Shown here one piece after another: positions 36,584 through 47,117 of a stretch of DNA of 64,000 bases. The position numbers were made by a program, and so were the translations under genes. Location of the stretch: sequence record NC_062582.1; one strand, written 5' to 3'. The first letter of the stretch is position 1. Each line of letters opens with the position of its first letter. Under the pieces are notes generated by a model that worked only from the letters and a program-made list of their open reading frames with translations, did no database searches and was not told the DNA's origin.

Positions 36584-38047
36584 ATGCTTTCTAGTTCTGC
36601 ATTTAGTTACGTGGTCTCGCGTGAAGACCACACTGTACAACAGGTTGAAGAAGCTGTTGTAACAGATACCGTGCCACCACTTAATGGTGCACAACCTGCT
36701 GCCACTGATATCGTTGTTCCAGTAGAAGAAGTTGTAGCCCAACCAGTATCACCTGTTGTTACTGAGGTTGTTGAAACTCCTGCCGTTGTAGATACCATTG
36801 TATCACCTGTCGATAGTCCAAGTGCAGCTCAAGTAGTTGCACCTGACACCGTGGTCTCTACCGAGCCTGCCGCTCCTGTCGATATTCAAATGGTCGTAGA
36901 GACTCAGAACCCTACCGAGATGTTGGGTCAGGCTACTCAAGAGTCTGGTTTCTGTCAGAGCCAAGCTAATGAATTGCTTGCCATGCAACAAGCTTGCGAA
37001 CATTACGGTAAGCTGATTCGTCAAACCGGTCTTGAAGGTGTTACTGAAGAAGGCGCTGCTTTCATGCACGTTGGTTTGCAGATGATTCAAAAGTCTTTGG
37101 GTACGGACCTCGTTATATCCAAAGAATCTCTTGAAGACATCAACCCACGTTCTAGTCGTACTAAAGTTACTATCTCCGCTGAGTCAGTTAAAGAACTTGC
37201 TTCTAAGGCGTACGATGCGTTCATTGAAGCCATTAAGAAATTGATTGCTTTGATTGAAAAGGGTTGGGATCACGTACAAGACTTTGGTATTAACCAAGAA
37301 CGTGAGATCGATGATAAGCTTGCCCGTCTCAGGAAACTGAAAACAGGCGCAGCCAGTCAAGAGATTGTCGTAAAGAACCCAACGATGCTCTTTGCTGATG
37401 GTGAAGAAGTATTCCCTGATACCAAGAAACTCTTTGGTCTTGCTGCTTTTGCATTGACCGCGTATCCAAAGGCTATGGAAGCGTACTACAAAGATCTGGG
37501 TAGCTTTGGCCGTGCCGTTGCAAAGACTGCCGAAGAATATGAACTGGACGCAGCTGAAATCTCAGAGAACCTTCACAGCATTGCTAAGCCGTTAACTAAA
37601 CTTACCGAGGCTCCTGGTATCAACGATAAGTTCAATGGTAACTTTGTTATTGATATTCGTGGCGACGGTATGAGCTTTGGTATTCGTCAAGGCGAAGGTA
37701 AAGAAGCTCCAGCTGAAGTTGAGTTGGTTGTGGAAGCACCTGTTAAGATTCGCAAGATGTTGGAAGACATTAAACATATTAACAAACTGATTATCGATTA
37801 TCGTCCAACTAATGCGCGTGTTCACGCTGCGGCGACCAAGATGATGAAAGAAGTCGAAGATATGAATAACAAAGATGTCACGAATGAAATGCTTAAGATG
37901 GTTAATGACTCGGCACCACGTAATCGTGAGATCGTTCATTTCGTCTGCAAGGTAACTCGTGCTTATTTGGCTGTCATTGAACAGATGATCTCGAAACACG
38001 AAGGTGTTAAAGTAAAGAATAATACCGAGTCTGAATTCGTCGATTAA
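36584..38047 (+). CDS. Internal head/ejection protein, gp93-97 paralogue family, about 487 aa
   Basis: AAAGGA RBS before ATG 36584; V/P/T/E-rich propeptide; TGLE/ISKE/ISAE sites; AYDAFIEAIKKLI helix. Confidence 0.7.
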   Translation: MLSSSAFSYVVSREDHTVQQVEEAVVTDTVPPLNGAQPAATDIVVPVEEVVAQPVSPVVTEVVETPAVVDTIVSPVDSPSAAQVVAPDTVVSTEPAAPVDIQMVVETQNPTEMLGQATQESGFCQSQANELLAMQQACEHYGKLIRQTGLEGVTEEGAAFMHVGLQMIQKSLGTDLVISKESLEDINPRSSRTKVTISAESVKELASKAYDAFIEAIKKLIALIEKGWDHVQDFGINQEREIDDKLARLRKLKTGAASQEIVVKNPTMLFADGEEVFPDTKKLFGLAAFALTAYPKAMEAYYKDLGSFGRAVAKTAEEYELDAAEISENLHSIAKPLTKLTEAPGINDKFNGNFVIDIRGDGMSFGIRQGEGKEAPAEVELVVEAPVKIRKMLEDIKHINKLIIDYRPTNARVHAAATKMMKEVEDMNNKDVTNEMLKMVNDSAPRNREIVHFVCKVTRAYLAVIEQMISKHEGVKVKNNTESEFVD

Positions 38048-38068
38048 TTTTACTTAGCTAATAAAATG

Positions 38069-38092
38069 GACGGGGCTCTTAGGAGCCTCGTT
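38069..38092 (+). terminator. Hairpin terminator
   Basis: GACGGGGCTC-TTAG-GAGCCTCGTT then TATG. Confidence 0.55.
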
Positions 38093-38109
38093 TATGTTAG
38101 GAGGTCCTC

Positions 38110-39213
38110 TTGGACATTGAAGAAAAAGAAGAAGAGTTTGTAGTGGGTGTGTTACCTGGTAATGCTGCCCTGCTATCTGACTTGTCAGAACAAAGCGATG
38201 AACTCTCTAAAGAAATATCCTATTTGTTAGGCGGTGTAGAAAGCTATCGGGATATCAATCACCGTAGTCGATTCCCACTGGTCATTACTCGTGAAGACTT
38301 TTCGGTAGATATCAAAGGTATTATCGAACGTATCCTTAATTACTTAAAGAATTTAGTTAAGGATATCTTTGACGGCTCCACCGCGGGTGCACTTGCTTTG
38401 GAAGGTGTATTGACCAGAGCTGAGCGTGTCCTTGTAGATGGACGTAGTATTCGTCGTAACCATGCCAAACGAGACTTTGTCATCACTACGCGTATTGCTA
38501 ACTTGTCTGTGCGCTACCGTCCCATCTCAGATCCACAACAATTATTAAACCATCTAAAAGTTCTTAACAGTACTTTACGAACCACATTCACTTATTTAAC
38601 GCATTCGGTATTCACCGGTTTTGATCCGCTGCTTCGATTCGATCCATTGGTGGATGACATTAACGAACTGGCTAGACTCTTGCAATCTTCTGCTCCATCC
38701 GTATTGGCAGATGATGCTAGATTTAGTAATCAAGGCTTTAAGATTACATCGCCTCAGTTACTGGGTTGCCAACAGCTTGTCATTACTAACCGTCGTGCCG
38801 ATAGCTCACCTCTGGAACAAATCCTTGGCTGCTATATGTCTCTTGAGACAGCAGAGAAGGAAGCTCGTGCAGTACCTGATTCTATTAAATATGAGAAGTT
38901 TGGTTTATCGCTTGAACAAAGTATCGTTCGTGAAGTTATTAGTATTGCTGGTACCATTGGTGGCTATAACACTTTGAATCGTCGTAGCTTACGTCGTAAC
39001 CGTCTTGCCAGTTTAACCGATCGCATGAGTGCACTATCTAACCAATTGGATAATGGTGAATATACCTCCGACCAAATGACCAGCATTCGTAACTATATTC
39101 GTGTTCTAGAAGTTTATAGTGGGTGGATCGGTTCCCCTTATGTGGGCTTAATTGCACTCACTCACCGCAACCTCACGGCTATCCTAAACGTTTGCGAAGG
39201 CAATGCTAAGTAA
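38110..39213 (+). CDS. Internal head protein, gp93-97 paralogue family, 367 aa
   Basis: GGAGG RBS and TTG start; GGVE/ITRE then IIERILNYLKNLV helix. Confidence 0.65.
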   Translation: MDIEEKEEEFVVGVLPGNAALLSDLSEQSDELSKEISYLLGGVESYRDINHRSRFPLVITREDFSVDIKGIIERILNYLKNLVKDIFDGSTAGALALEGVLTRAERVLVDGRSIRRNHAKRDFVITTRIANLSVRYRPISDPQQLLNHLKVLNSTLRTTFTYLTHSVFTGFDPLLRFDPLVDDINELARLLQSSAPSVLADDARFSNQGFKITSPQLLGCQQLVITNRRADSSPLEQILGCYMSLETAEKEARAVPDSIKYEKFGLSLEQSIVREVISIAGTIGGYNTLNRRSLRRNRLASLTDRMSALSNQLDNGEYTSDQMTSIRNYIRVLEVYSGWIGSPYVGLIALTHRNLTAILNVCEGNAK

Positions 39214-39313
39214 CCTTTAGTGACCAATTATCTGATAAGATCTATTCGTCCATGTGATCATGTGGAGGACGAACCGTCGTGATCACTTAACTCGATTTAA
39301 AAGGTAAAACAAC

Positions 39314-42031
39314 ATGTTGAAAGATATCGTAGCAAAGTACACCGTTAGTAACGAGGACGCCGAAGAAGACAAGAAACTTGACGAAGTTACTGATGTCGAA
39401 GAAACGGAAGAGACCGAAGAAGTAGAAGAGACTCGTGAAGACGAAACTCAAGAAGAACAATCCGAAGAAGCTGAAGAGGCAGAAGCAGATGAAACCAATG
39501 ACGATTTGGCAGCTGAAGAAGAAGCTGGTGATACTACAGTACTGGAAGCTCCTACTGACGAGCAAGGCGAAGTCACTACCGTTGATGCTGAAGAAGTGGT
39601 TTCGGAAGTAACTCCCGAGGCAGACGTGGTTGAAGCTGGTGATGACATCGGTCAAGAAACCCCAGAAGAAGCATTTGATGGTATCTCCGATAAAGAAGAT
39701 ATCACCGCTGGTTCTGATGAAGATATTCCACTTGTTGCAGTTGGTGAAACTGATAACAAAGCAGTAGAAGAAGTTGTAGCTGCTGGTAAAGAAGTAGCCG
39801 AAGGTCAAGCTCAAATTATCGAGCAAGCCGAAGCAGCTGCTACCGCTGTAGAAAATGGCACAGTCCCTACGGATGTTAATGGCAACACCATTACTCCAGA
39901 AGAAGAAGCCGTCAACGAGAAAGAAGAACAGGTTGCTGAAGAGATCGAAGCACAAAATGCTGAAGAAGTCACAGCTACCGACGTAACTCGCGAAGAAACC
40001 CCTCTAGAAGAAGCAGAGGCTTTGGCCGATGACCTTGTAGAAGAAGTTAAAGAAGATGCGGAGGAATCCACCGATGACAGTCTTGGTGAAGACGCTGCTA
40101 CTAGTGATGATGGTATTACTGATACCGACACTGGTGATAGCACTTCTAGTGACTTTGGTGATGAATCTACCGAAGTGGTTGAGAACGATGACGATATTCC
40201 TTTGGAAGGCGCTGAAAGCGACACCGAAGTTCCTGAAGAAACTACTGAGCTAGAAACAGAAGTTTCAGAAGAAGCTACGGATCTTCCTGAAGGTGATACC
40301 CCAGATACCGAAGTAACGGAAGGTGATACTACCGACGTACAAGAATCGGTTGATGATCAAAATCTCGCAGCTGACCTAACTGCTGAAGCCGCCAGTGCAG
40401 ATGTAAACGAAACTGAAGCTATTAAAGGCGACAACTCGGTTAAAGATGCAATTGACACAATCCCAGAAGATGCTACCGCAGATGACTCCACTACTCCTGA
40501 AACTGATCCACTGGATGTAGATGTCGATGAAACTTTCAAAGACAAAGAAGTAGACGGTAACCCTTCATATTCCGATAACCATCAAGATGACACTGCTCCT
40601 ACCGTTCAGGAGACTATTGATAATCCAGATGGTACCGAAGAATCTCTTGCCAAAGATATTTCTGATGATGCTGTTGAAGATAACAGTGATTTGGAAGCAT
40701 CTGTTACCGAGGGTGATGAGACTGATCCTACTACTGTTGCCTCCGATGGTATTGATGAAGTAGAGCAGACCTCTCAAGTAGGTGATAACGGTGAGATTGA
40801 AGATATTACTGGTGAAGCTGATTTTGCCGAAGGTGAAGTCGATATTCCTGATGTAGATCCAGATACCACCGAAGACGAAGTTGCTGAAGCCGCCGTAATT
40901 GCCGATGACGAAGATGTCAAAGCAGACTATGACGAACAACTAGCAATTGATGCTTCTAAGACTGTAGAAGAATTGCAAGAAGAAGCAAAAGGTCTTGAAG
41001 CTTATATTGGTCTTCTGGAAGCAGGTATCGCTAACGAGTCTTACAATGCCGCAACTATTGTTCATGGTTATCCTTTGTTGGATAAACATCAGAACCTGTG
41101 GCAAGTCAATACTAATCCATCGTTGGAAGATTACGGTCCTAAAGATCTTGATCTGTTGTACGTTGCTTCGTTGGAATCTGCTCGTGGCTTCTTGAGTCGT
41201 GTTAATAGCTTGAGCAGTCGCTTGAAAAGTCAATTGATTAAATGGTGGGCTCGTCCAATGGTAACTAAAATTGTTACTCGTGCGGACGCATTACAGAAAG
41301 CGGCAGATAAAGCATTAGTAGACGTTAAAGCTTCGGACTACAATGGCGGTGATATTAAAGGTGTTTCTGGTTATCTGGCTACTGATAAAGTTGGTCTGGT
41401 ACGTGCTGTAGCAGAAGACCTCAAATACACCACGACTATTGCTACCAAAGGTCTGACAGCAAACGAGAAACTGGTGCACACTCTTGTTAAAGCAATTGAT
41501 GATATTTCCACAGCTAAATCTGCTGAGGCAATTAAACAGGTATTGAAAGCATCTAAGTCAATCAAATCTAGTAAGCCTGCATACCCACAAGAAGCCTTTA
41601 CCAAAGGTGCATTAATGGGTAATTGGAAACTTACTATGAAGGAAGGCAGTATCGGTGTATCAGGTATTCCTGTAGCCGTTAAGGAAACTTCCGGTGATCG
41701 TCTCACTACCTTTAAACTAAACAAATCTGATTTGGCTAGTCTGTTGGTAATGGCTAAGACTTACGCTGCTATCGCTACCAAAGCTGCTGAAACTGTTGGT
41801 GATAAAGCTGTAGACGAATACCCTGTTGCTGAGAACGCACGTAATCGCGCTCTTCCATTGTCAAGTGTAGATCGTGCACTTGGTTCTTTTAGTGACGAAG
41901 GTGAAGTTGATGACCTGGCTACTGACATGGTTGAAGCTTCTAAAGCTCACCACGATGCTTACAAGTTTATCGTTAAACATGCACTCGATATGTCGGAAGC
42001 TTTGATTGCTGTTGTGAACAAAGCCATCTAA
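39314..42031 (+). CDS. Internal head protein (phiKZ gp97-like) with very long acidic N-terminal propeptide, 905 aa
   Basis: About 550 residues dominated by D/E/T/A; IANE, PSLE, ASLE (E621) precede a K-rich mature domain. Confidence 0.72.
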   Translation: MLKDIVAKYTVSNEDAEEDKKLDEVTDVEETEETEEVEETREDETQEEQSEEAEEAEADETNDDLAAEEEAGDTTVLEAPTDEQGEVTTVDAEEVVSEVTPEADVVEAGDDIGQETPEEAFDGISDKEDITAGSDEDIPLVAVGETDNKAVEEVVAAGKEVAEGQAQIIEQAEAAATAVENGTVPTDVNGNTITPEEEAVNEKEEQVAEEIEAQNAEEVTATDVTREETPLEEAEALADDLVEEVKEDAEESTDDSLGEDAATSDDGITDTDTGDSTSSDFGDESTEVVENDDDIPLEGAESDTEVPEETTELETEVSEEATDLPEGDTPDTEVTEGDTTDVQESVDDQNLAADLTAEAASADVNETEAIKGDNSVKDAIDTIPEDATADDSTTPETDPLDVDVDETFKDKEVDGNPSYSDNHQDDTAPTVQETIDNPDGTEESLAKDISDDAVEDNSDLEASVTEGDETDPTTVASDGIDEVEQTSQVGDNGEIEDITGEADFAEGEVDIPDVDPDTTEDEVAEAAVIADDEDVKADYDEQLAIDASKTVEELQEEAKGLEAYIGLLEAGIANESYNAATIVHGYPLLDKHQNLWQVNTNPSLEDYGPKDLDLLYVASLESARGFLSRVNSLSSRLKSQLIKWWARPMVTKIVTRADALQKAADKALVDVKASDYNGGDIKGVSGYLATDKVGLVRAVAEDLKYTTTIATKGLTANEKLVHTLVKAIDDISTAKSAEAIKQVLKASKSIKSSKPAYPQEAFTKGALMGNWKLTMKEGSIGVSGIPVAVKETSGDRLTTFKLNKSDLASLLVMAKTYAAIATKAAETVGDKAVDEYPVAENARNRALPLSSVDRALGSFSDEGEVDDLATDMVEASKAHHDAYKFIVKHALDMSEALIAVVNKAI

Positions 42032-42040
42032 CAACATAAC

Positions 42041-42062
42041 AGTCCTCCCTTCGGGGAGGACT
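42041..42062 (+). terminator. Hairpin terminator (family member)
   Basis: AGTCCTCCC-TTCG-GGGAGGACT with CATAA/TTATG arms. Confidence 0.8.
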
Positions 42063-42104
42063 TTATGCCGGATCTTATGATCTTTTTAATCGGGAGTATA
42101 ACTC

Positions 42105-43751
42105 ATGCCGAACGTTTTAGTAGTGTTACCTGACGTATACGAAACCGTATCACGTGCGGTAGCCGTCGGTGCAGTACAACAAGTAGCCCAGTATATGGGA
42201 TTACCAGAACAGACTCGGGTACTGCTACCAGGTAAGTCTGACACAGTTGCAATGAATGACGGTATCTTTGGGAACTGCTGTGATGCAGCTAATGCCGTAT
42301 ACTTCGACCCCCAAGAAAAACTAGTTATTCGTTACGAAGAAATAGCAGAAGAGAACTTTACTCTTTCCACATCTGTTTGGAGTAATGATAACTATCCAAT
42401 CTTCGTAGATGAAACCCATGATGTTTGGATTCGCCCTATTCGTAGGTTTGTAGACTTCCGTCTTGATATGACTTATCAAGCACCGAACATTGTTGTTGCA
42501 CAACGATGGCTTGATGACCAACGACTTAAGTTGTCAGAAGGCGCTGGTGATCTAACCTTCTTCCTTGAGTATCATTATAACGTTCCTAAGCCTGTTCAGA
42601 GCTTGCTCAGAGGTTTGCATACAACAATGGAGCAATCTGCCTGGCCTACAGGAAAGACCTACGGAGAATGGCTTGAGGAGCATCTGACACAACCTACGAC
42701 CGAGATGGCTACGCTGATTGATACACACCACACCATGGCTATTATGGAACGACAAGTTGACGTTGTTGGGCACTTTGATTTTATCAACACTCCCGATACC
42801 CCACAACCTAGTTCAGATAAGTCTGGTAGCTACGAAGTAACCTTCAGTTACATCTGTCGTTATGATCGACCAACGCATATGTACGTCCAGTATCCGATGG
42901 TTGTAAACCAATGTCCTATTCCAACAATCTTCCGTCCTAAGTTCCCGTATCGAAACTACCAATCTCTGGAACGTAAGACTACAGCTTTGCGTGGATCGTT
43001 AGAAGCTGCATTGGGTATGCACTTGGGAATGGGTTCCACCTACATTCAGTATCCAGATACAGATGACTGGCAAACAGACGACCAACCATTAAACTCGTTC
43101 TTGATCTTTAGTGGTTTGTTAACGCTTGACTGTAAAGACCCACGTTATTTGATGGACATGCGTAAACTAGGCCGATTCAATTTCAGTTGTCCTTGGGTAG
43201 AACTATTTGATACACTTGGGGATAAAACCTTTAAAGGAAATAGTTGGTTTATTATTCGTTTGTATAAGAACAATAAATACATTAACATTCCGATGAGCAT
43301 GGAACGCGGTACACTACGTTTGATGTCGGATGTTGATCTAGACCCTAACTACGTTTACCATATTCAAATATTAATCAATAAGAACTTCTACAGTATCCCT
43401 AGAGACAAGTGGGAATGCCTGCGTCGTTACCCAACTATCTTTTATTCGCTCTGCCAATTGTTCCAAGTAGGTTGCGGTAAGCGTCCTATCGAAGACATGA
43501 AAATGATTGGACTAGGGATTGACCGTGTTCCTTCTGAGGAATGCCCTGGGGAAGGGAGCACAGATTGGTGCTGTGGTGATTCACAGTTCCCTAGAGGTTT
43601 GGTTAAATGGTCAGAGATTCAAGATGCTCTGAATGATCAAGATAAGAACAACGCAACTACCGATCCAAACGGCGGTGGTTATCTCACTAACGATACCTAC
43701 GGTCCTACCAACGTTTTCTACTTTGGTCTCGTAGCTGACAAGAAGACATAA
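42105..43751 (+). CDS. Virion structural protein (phiKZ gp98-like, possibly neck/tail terminator), 548 aa
   Basis: GGGAG RBS; synteny. Confidence 0.55.
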   Translation: MPNVLVVLPDVYETVSRAVAVGAVQQVAQYMGLPEQTRVLLPGKSDTVAMNDGIFGNCCDAANAVYFDPQEKLVIRYEEIAEENFTLSTSVWSNDNYPIFVDETHDVWIRPIRRFVDFRLDMTYQAPNIVVAQRWLDDQRLKLSEGAGDLTFFLEYHYNVPKPVQSLLRGLHTTMEQSAWPTGKTYGEWLEEHLTQPTTEMATLIDTHHTMAIMERQVDVVGHFDFINTPDTPQPSSDKSGSYEVTFSYICRYDRPTHMYVQYPMVVNQCPIPTIFRPKFPYRNYQSLERKTTALRGSLEAALGMHLGMGSTYIQYPDTDDWQTDDQPLNSFLIFSGLLTLDCKDPRYLMDMRKLGRFNFSCPWVELFDTLGDKTFKGNSWFIIRLYKNNKYINIPMSMERGTLRLMSDVDLDPNYVYHIQILINKNFYSIPRDKWECLRRYPTIFYSLCQLFQVGCGKRPIEDMKMIGLGIDRVPSEECPGEGSTDWCCGDSQFPRGLVKWSEIQDALNDQDKNNATTDPNGGGYLTNDTYGPTNVFYFGLVADKKT

Positions 43752-43753
43752 TC

Positions 43754-45163
43754 ATGCCTATCTTTGAAGAATTAGAAGCGCAACCCATTAGTCCTGAGGT
43801 TAACCCTGTAAAGGTTCGTCCTTATCCAGAAGTTTATCGAGGGATTGCAATTGATACGAAGTATGTTCCACGCAGTTCTATGCTTTCGTGGATTAACGGT
43901 TCCAACTGGAACGTTACGTATTTCTCTCAGGTCTTAGCAGAAGACCAAGAACCAACCGCCCTTGCATTAAATCGAGAACCACCTTACCAGCAATACCAAC
44001 GGATTATTGGTATTGATATTAAAGTTAACCAGCCATTGGATATAAGCCAAAGTGAAGATGTTCGCACTTTTTCTGTTACTGGTTCTGGTCACACTTACCC
44101 TAGTCTGGTTGCTAACTTCGGCGACATGTTCTTTGGTAATATTGGCGATGGACGCATTGGTCTGTTTACTATTACTAGCGCTCGCCGTGAAACGTTCCTC
44201 CGAGACAGCACGTATGCCATTGATTGGAAAATGGTTGGCTTCGTCACAGAACAGCAAATAGCAAACCTTGAAGAAAAGTCTATCATGACTTACTACTGGT
44301 CGAGTTCTAACTTGGCTAATGGTTGCAGTCCATATGTAACAGAAGAACAACAGAAAGACAGCGCTGAGTTTGCTAAGATGCGCGCGGAAATTATTCGTCG
44401 ATACGTAGGCGATTTCTTTTCGATCGAACACTCAACCTTCATGGTTCCTAATCAACTGATGAAGACCTATGACCATTTCACCACCAAAGCTATCTTAACC
44501 ATGGTCGAGGCTTCACGCTTTAAAGAGTTACGGAATACTAAACTCTTGAACGTACAGTCTGAACCAATCATGACGCAACCTACTATTTGGGATGCTTTGA
44601 TTCGTCAGGACATCACACGTTTCTGTGGTTCTACCGAACGAGCACATTTAGTATCTACCCGTATCTCACGGTGGCGACCAGAGCTTCAGGCTATTGGTTA
44701 CTCGGGCTTTGCCATGATGGTCTATCCAATCGGTAAACCAACTGATGTGGATTCGTACTACAATGGTGAAACATTCTGTCGTCCTGAAGGTATTCCTTTC
44801 CAGGAAGGTGTACCGCGCAGACACCGTGGTCCATTCAAGACACAAGCAGAACGTGATGACCCATGGTTTAAACGTATCCCTCCAGAGAAAGAGAATTTAG
44901 CTGAAGCTTGGAAAACACCACCAGACATTAAACCAGTTACTTGTGATGATTACTATGTGTTCTCCGAAGACTTCTATTACGAAGATACTAAGTTCCAATC
45001 TAAGCTTGAAATGTTAGCTTGGCAAATGATCAAACGTGAACCACTAAGTCGCCCACAATTACGAGCGGTTGTTAAATGCTGCCTTGAATGGGATAACCTA
45101 GAACGTTATTACTATCACCCTGTACTCATTGCATTGTTGGAGTACTCTAAACGGAATTCTTAA
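43754..45163 (+). CDS. Virion structural protein (phiKZ gp99-like, possibly head-tail adaptor), 469 aa
   Basis: Synteny; ANFGDMFFG...GLFTITS resembles adaptor beta-barrel GD motif. Confidence 0.5.
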   Translation: MPIFEELEAQPISPEVNPVKVRPYPEVYRGIAIDTKYVPRSSMLSWINGSNWNVTYFSQVLAEDQEPTALALNREPPYQQYQRIIGIDIKVNQPLDISQSEDVRTFSVTGSGHTYPSLVANFGDMFFGNIGDGRIGLFTITSARRETFLRDSTYAIDWKMVGFVTEQQIANLEEKSIMTYYWSSSNLANGCSPYVTEEQQKDSAEFAKMRAEIIRRYVGDFFSIEHSTFMVPNQLMKTYDHFTTKAILTMVEASRFKELRNTKLLNVQSEPIMTQPTIWDALIRQDITRFCGSTERAHLVSTRISRWRPELQAIGYSGFAMMVYPIGKPTDVDSYYNGETFCRPEGIPFQEGVPRRHRGPFKTQAERDDPWFKRIPPEKENLAEAWKTPPDIKPVTCDDYYVFSEDFYYEDTKFQSKLEMLAWQMIKREPLSRPQLRAVVKCCLEWDNLERYYYHPVLIALLEYSKRNS

Positions 45164-45165
45164 CC

Positions 45166-45744
45166 ATGGAACTTTGTACCCGATATACAGCCGCATGGCG
45201 TTTGTTTAACCTACGCTTTGAATGCATGGCTTCCCCACTGATACGCTACTCAACTGAATACCTACAATCTGGGTATTACATCCAAAACGTCACGGGAGAC
45301 CGTGAGGTCGATAAGGGTGCAACTGGTCGCTTTGATAAGACCCGTTTAACGGCTGCGGCCATTGCCATGTTTATTGGCGATGGTCACAGTATCGGTTTGA
45401 TTAATGTAAAAGATTGTATCCAGATTTATCATGACGTACAAGAACACTTAAACGACTGGCGTGATCAGTGTAACTACGCAGCTCATGCCGGTGAGTTCCC
45501 AGAGATCGAAGAACTACAGTTGTTTGAGAACCTGGCCCTTGAGATGTACGAACATGCGCAACGTCTAGAGCCTCGAACAGAACAACGATCAGCACTATTT
45601 GATTCCCTGTTGAATATGAACCGTCGTCGTAACCTCATCTCCACAAACAAGTGGATGCGTGAACGTACCCACGATGGACAAGAGATTAAACCTTACGTTT
45701 CTATTGTTGCCGATATAGAACGCTTTGTGGCGGAGATTCAATAA
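45166..45744 (+). CDS. Conserved protein (phiKZ gp100 position), 192 aa
   Basis: Operon continuity; synteny. Confidence 0.6.
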   Translation: MELCTRYTAAWRLFNLRFECMASPLIRYSTEYLQSGYYIQNVTGDREVDKGATGRFDKTRLTAAAIAMFIGDGHSIGLINVKDCIQIYHDVQEHLNDWRDQCNYAAHAGEFPEIEELQLFENLALEMYEHAQRLEPRTEQRSALFDSLLNMNRRRNLISTNKWMRERTHDGQEIKPYVSIVADIERFVAEIQ

Positions 45745-47117
45745 TGTCAATGGATAGTACTCTCCTCTATAAGGAGATTGATCGAGTTCTTACGAAAGGT
45801 GATACGTATTACAGTACACGAATGGATATCACTATCTGTGCCAATAAGAAATGGTTGAAGCCTGTTCGGTTTGATTACTATCAGGTCCACCGTGATTACA
45901 GCAGTGGTCAATTAGGCGACCTCATTACAGTTGAGTTTTTAATGCAACTGGGTGATTATGCTTTTGACTTACTGCCTTACCGCGAAGACTTATTGGTAGA
46001 AGTAACAGAAGTTCCTTTGGTTGAAGCTTCATCTGGTCAAGACTGGAATAGACAAACCATAACAACTCGTTATAAAGGGGTTATGAATATTAGTGGTGAT
46101 GACAACGCTATTCTCACCAACAAACAATCTGCAATGACCAGTAAAGAGGCGATGAACCAGATTGGTATGAAACCAGTTACTCTACAACTTGTAGATGACC
46201 TGACTTACAAAATGATGATGATGTCCTGTGGCACTACACTTAAACAAACCACAACTATGGATGCACTGATTGCGCTGTATACCAAATACAGTAAACTCAT
46301 TTTGGGTAACCGTGGTTTACCTATTAAAGTATCCCCTGGATATTCAACTGCAATACGTAGTCAGATTCCATTCCCTGACGGCATGTTGTTAAATGACACA
46401 ATGCGTTTTTTACAGAATGAAGAAGGTGGGATTTATCCAACTGGTTGTGGACGTTATATCCAAGACCAAGTACTGTATATTTATCCTTTGTTTGACACAA
46501 CGATGTATCGCAAGAATAGTCGTGTACTGAATATCATCAACGTACCTAACGACCGGTTTAAAGGTTCTGAGAAAACATTCTTGGCTACTGACCGATCTGT
46601 AACTATTCTAGCTACAGGTAATACTTCTTTAAGTGATGAAGGTATTGCACGTAAGATTCAGGATGGTAACGGATTACGTTTTGGCGATGCTAATAAAATC
46701 TTTGATGGCTTCGGAACCATGAAGGATGGACGCATGTTGATAGACCGTGCAACAAACATCAACGAAGTAGTAGCACAGCCTCTAGCAGGCGGTATAAACA
46801 ACGTTCGTTGGTCAGCTGACCGATTCACTAGCAACAGTTGCAAACAGTACACAGTGATGGCACAGAAGGCCGGACAGCCTTTTGAGATTGAATGGCTAAG
46901 AGGCGATGCAAGTTTATTAGAGCCTGGCATGGCGGTTAAGTATCAGGTCATTGTGGACTATGTTGTTAAAACATACTACGGTGTTCTATTAGGTACAACC
47001 GATACCCGAGCCCCTACTGATGGCGCCGTTATCTCAGCCAAGTTCGGCTCAACTATTAAACTGGCTATGTTCCTAAGTCGTACAGCGGAAGATCCAGCGG
47101 AAGCGGAAGGTTTCTAA
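45744..47117 (+). CDS. Tail/baseplate hub protein candidate (phiKZ gp101-like), 457 aa
   Basis: TAATG coupling; synteny; beta-rich. Confidence 0.5.
   Translation: MSMDSTLLYKEIDRVLTKGDTYYSTRMDITICANKKWLKPVRFDYYQVHRDYSSGQLGDLITVEFLMQLGDYAFDLLPYREDLLVEVTEVPLVEASSGQDWNRQTITTRYKGVMNISGDDNAILTNKQSAMTSKEAMNQIGMKPVTLQLVDDLTYKMMMMSCGTTLKQTTTMDALIALYTKYSKLILGNRGLPIKVSPGYSTAIRSQIPFPDGMLLNDTMRFLQNEEGGIYPTGCGRYIQDQVLYIYPLFDTTMYRKNSRVLNIINVPNDRFKGSEKTFLATDRSVTILATGNTSLSDEGIARKIQDGNGLRFGDANKIFDGFGTMKDGRMLIDRATNINEVVAQPLAGGINNVRWSADRFTSNSCKQYTVMAQKAGQPFEIEWLRGDASLLEPGMAVKYQVIVDYVVKTYYGVLLGTTDTRAPTDGAVISAKFGSTIKLAMFLSRTAEDPAEAEGF

Noticed and set aside
39287-41724. Ser/Phe-rich minus-strand ORFs
   Set aside because: Mirror of GAA/GAT codon runs in the acidic protein.
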